A stretch of DNA of 25,999 bases from Actinomycetota bacterium (GTDB lineage: Bacteria; Actinomycetota; Thermoleophilia; Miltoncostaeales; Miltoncostaeaceae), in the NCBI GenBank assembly GCA_040757755.1, contig JBFLWO010000001.1, forward strand, positions 1 to 25,999, given 5' to 3'. The position numbers and the translations under genes are program-made. The notes under the pieces are model-generated. The model was given only the letters and a program-made list of their open reading frames with translations, did no database searches and was not told the DNA's origin. Positions 23,205 through 25,999 of this stretch are shown here, piece after piece (the first letter of the stretch is position 1; each line of letters begins with the position of its first letter).

Positions 23205-25772
23205 ATGACGACCCACGAGATTCGCCGCCGCTTCCTCGACTTCTTCGCGGCGCGGGACCACCTCGTGGTCCCGTCCGCCTCCCTGGTCCCGTTCGAGGAC
23301 GACCCCTCGGTCCTCCTCACCATCGCCGGGATGCAGCCGCTGAAGTCGTACTTCCTCGGCACCGCCCAGCCGCCCGCGCCGCGCATGGCGAGCTGCCAGA
23401 AGTGCTTCCGCACCCTCGACATCGACCAGGTGGGGCGCACCGCCCGGCACCTCACGTTCTTCGAGATGCTCGGCAACTTCTCCATCGGGGACTACTTCAA
23501 GGACGACGCGATCCGCTTCGGCTGGGAGCTGTCGACCGAGGTCTTCGGCCTCGACCCCGAGCAGATCTGGATCACCGTGTTCGAGGGGATGCCCGGCGTT
23601 CCCGCCGACGACGAGGCGATCGAGCGGTGGGTGGAGCTCGGCGTGCCGCGCGACCGGATCCAGGCGCTGGGGGAGAGCGAGAACTTCTGGAAGGCCGGCC
23701 CCACCGGGCCGTGCGGCCCGAACAGCGAGCTGTACATCGACCGGGGACCCTCCTTCGGCCCGGACGGCGGCCCCGCCACCGGCACCGACCGGTTCCTCGA
23801 GTACTGGAACCTCGTGTTCATGCAGTACGAGCGCCACCAGGACGGCACCCTCACGCCGCTCCCGGCGAAGAACATCGACACCGGCGCGGGCCTCGAGCGG
23901 ATGGCGGCCCTGCTGCAGGGCAAGTCCTCCGTGTTCGAGACCGACGCCTTCCGGCCCCTGATCGACTGGGCGGAGCGGGCGAGCGGCCGCGCCTACGGCA
24001 CCGCGCAGCGCGACGACCGCGCCCTGCGCGTCCTCGCCGACCACGGGCGCGCCATGACGTTCCTCGCCGCCGACGGCGTGCGGCCCGGCAACGAGGGGCG
24101 CGACTACATCCTGCGCCGCATCATCCGGCGCGCCGTCAGCGAGGCGTCCCACCTCGGCCTCGAGCCCGGTAGCGTCGTCGACCTGTCCGCCGAGGTCGTC
24201 GCGCTGTGGGGCGACGCGTACCCGGAGCTTCCCGCCTCCGCCGCCGACGTCGCCGACGTCCTCGGCACCGAGGCGGAGCAGTTCGCCCGCACCCTCGCGC
24301 AGGGGCAGCGCCTCCTCGCCGACGTGATCGAGCGCTCCGCCGCCGGGGGCACCGTGTCCGGCGATGACGCGTTCCGCCTGCACGACACGTACGGGTTCCC
24401 CCTCGACCTCACCGTGGAGGCGGCGTCCGAGCGCGGCCTCACCGTCGACACCGACGGCTTCGAGAGCCTGATGGGGGAGCAGCGCCGCCGCGCCCGGGCC
24501 GCGGCCCGCAAGGGCGGCGACGCCGCCGCGGAGCGCGCCCAGGCGATGGCCCACGGCACCCCGGCGCAGTTCGTGGGCTACGACGAGTGGGAGGTGCGCG
24601 CCCGCGTCACGGCCGTCGACGAGCTCGGCGGCGGCGAGGCCCTCCTCAAGCTCGACCGGTCCCCCTTCTACGCGCAGGGCGGCGGCCAGGTGTCCGACGC
24701 CGGCACGATCTCGGGGGACGGCCTGCAGGCGACGGTCACGGAGGTGTACCGCGTCGGCGACGACCAGGTGCTCCGCGTGCGGGTCGAGTCCGGCGCCCCG
24801 GCCGTCGGGCAGGAGGTCGACGCGCGCGTCGACGCCCGCGCCCGCCGCGCCACCCAGGCGAACCACACCGCCACCCACGTGCTGAACTGGGCGCTTCGCA
24901 GCGTGCTGGGCGACGGGGTGCGGCAGGCCGGCTCGTACGTGGGTCCCGACAAGCTGCGCTTCGACTTCACGTACCGCGGGCGCCCCGGCGGCGACGAGCT
25001 CGACCGGATCGAGCGCATGGTGAACCAGCGCGTCGCCGAGGACGCCCCCGTCCGCGCCGAGGTGATGGCGCGCGACGAGGCCACCGCCCGCGGCGCGATC
25101 GGCCTGTTCGAGGAGAAGTACGGCGAGCGGGTCCGGGTCCTGTCCACGGGGGACTACAGCATGGAGCTGTGCGGCGGCACGCACGTGTCCCGCACCGGGG
25201 AGATCGGGCCGTTCGTGATCGCCTCCGAGGGCAGCACCGGCGCGGCGACCCGCCGCATCGAGGCCCTCACCGGCATCGCCGCCCTCGACTGGTACCGCGC
25301 CCGCCAGGAGGAGCTGGAGGAGCGCCTCGAGGCACGGGAGCGCCGCGTCAAGGAGCTCGAGGCGGAGCTGAAGCGTGCGAAGGCGACCCGCGTCGACGCG
25401 TCCGACGTCGCCGCCGCGGCGGTCGAGGAGGGCGGCATCCACATCGTGGCGCAGGAGGTCGAGGCCGGGGGGCAGGAGGAGCTCCTCGCCGTGTCCGACC
25501 GGGTGCGCACCGCCCTGGGCCCCGGCACCGCCGTCGTCCTCGGCACCCGGTCCGACGGCAAGGTGCTCCTCGTCGCGACGGTCGACGACGAGGCCCTCGC
25601 CCGCGGCCTGTCCGCGCACGACGTGATCCGCGAGGTGGCGCCGCTCGTCGGCGGCGGCGGGGGAGGCCGGCCCGGCATGGCCCGCGCCGGCGGGAAGGAC
25701 CCGTCGGGCCTGCCGGCGGCGATGGCCGCGGCCATGGAGCACCTGCGCCGCCGGGCCGCCGGCGGCGAGTGA
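23205..25772 (+). CDS. alaS: Alanine--tRNA ligase
   Basis: From ATG 23205: MTTHEIRRRFLDFF, HLTFFEMLGNFS, GPCGPNSE, IDTGAGLER, LHDTYGFP, NHTATH, ELCGGTH, GGGGG. Confidence 0.98.
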   Translation: MTTHEIRRRFLDFFAARDHLVVPSASLVPFEDDPSVLLTIAGMQPLKSYFLGTAQPPAPRMASCQKCFRTLDIDQVGRTARHLTFFEMLGNFSIGDYFKDDAIRFGWELSTEVFGLDPEQIWITVFEGMPGVPADDEAIERWVELGVPRDRIQALGESENFWKAGPTGPCGPNSELYIDRGPSFGPDGGPATGTDRFLEYWNLVFMQYERHQDGTLTPLPAKNIDTGAGLERMAALLQGKSSVFETDAFRPLIDWAERASGRAYGTAQRDDRALRVLADHGRAMTFLAADGVRPGNEGRDYILRRIIRRAVSEASHLGLEPGSVVDLSAEVVALWGDAYPELPASAADVADVLGTEAEQFARTLAQGQRLLADVIERSAAGGTVSGDDAFRLHDTYGFPLDLTVEAASERGLTVDTDGFESLMGEQRRRARAAARKGGDAAAERAQAMAHGTPAQFVGYDEWEVRARVTAVDELGGGEALLKLDRSPFYAQGGGQVSDAGTISGDGLQATVTEVYRVGDDQVLRVRVESGAPAVGQEVDARVDARARRATQANHTATHVLNWALRSVLGDGVRQAGSYVGPDKLRFDFTYRGRPGGDELDRIERMVNQRVAEDAPVRAEVMARDEATARGAIGLFEEKYGERVRVLSTGDYSMELCGGTHVSRTGEIGPFVIASEGSTGAATRRIEALTGIAALDWYRARQEELEERLEARERRVKELEAELKRAKATRVDASDVAAAAVEEGGIHIVAQEVEAGGQEELLAVSDRVRTALGPGTAVVLGTRSDGKVLLVATVDDEALARGLSAHDVIREVAPLVGGGGGGRPGMARAGGKDPSGLPAAMAAAMEHLRRRAAGGE

Positions 25773-25999
25773 AGGTCCTCGCCCTGGATCACGGGGCGAG
25801 CCGGACCGGGGTGGCGGTGAGCGATCCCACCGGGACGCTGGCCCGTCCCCTGCCCGCGATCCGCCGGGTGGACTCCCCGGCGGGGCGCGCCGTCCTCGCC
25901 GACGTCGTCGCGCGGGAGGCGCCGGAGCGGATCGTCGTCGGGGACCCCCGGCACCTGTCCGGGGCGCGGGGCCGTCAGGCGAAGGAGGCCGCCGCGTTC
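25769..25999 (+). CDS. ruvX: RuvX/YqgF pre-16S rRNA nuclease (partial, runs off the window)
   Basis: GTGA overlap with the alaS stop. VKVLALDHGASRTGVAVSDPTGTLARP...IVVGDP. Confidence 0.92.
   Translation, partial: MKVLALDHGASRTGVAVSDPTGTLARPLPAIRRVDSPAGRAVLADVVAREAPERIVVGDPRHLSGARGRQAKEAAAF

Noticed and set aside
19505-25742. ORFs 19505..21715, 21118..22911, 23067..25742 (-) and the alaS extension to 22326
   Set aside because: Shadows of mnmA, the GH gene and alaS. alaS has a -10 element and a canonical N-terminus at 23205.

Overview
Very GC-rich bacterial chromosomal window. Gene content and promoter style suggest a deep-branching actinobacterium such as Thermoleophilia; this is an inference, not a database result. 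Left part (1-4.3 kb): an HtrA/PDZ-like protein lacking its catalytic triad, divergent from an HxlR regulator, then a redox/stress cluster (nitroreductase <- -> OsmC, ArsR-type regulator, second nitroreductase). Middle: topB with three C-terminal Cys4 repeats, a group III phosphofructokinase, an apparently decaying RHH/PIN toxin-antitoxin pair just downstream of tRNA-Gln(CTG)/tRNA-Glu(CTC), and a heterodimeric ABC exporter. Right part: a translation-related backbone (glutamate formiminotransferase, small membrane protein, hisS, aspS, 6S-like RNA, mnmA, DUF948 pair, alaS, ruvX) with accessory secreted proteins interspersed (spondin-domain protein, CxxC-less thioredoxin-like lipoprotein, clan GH-A lipoprotein). 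The strongest candidate for an undescribed system is a single-chain fusion of an IscU/NifU-like scaffold, with its third Cys replaced, to a CxxC+C ([4Fe-4S]-type) MnmA. A 6S-like RNA with a clear promoter, invisible to the ORF track, lies just upstream. Family assignments come from motif recognition only.
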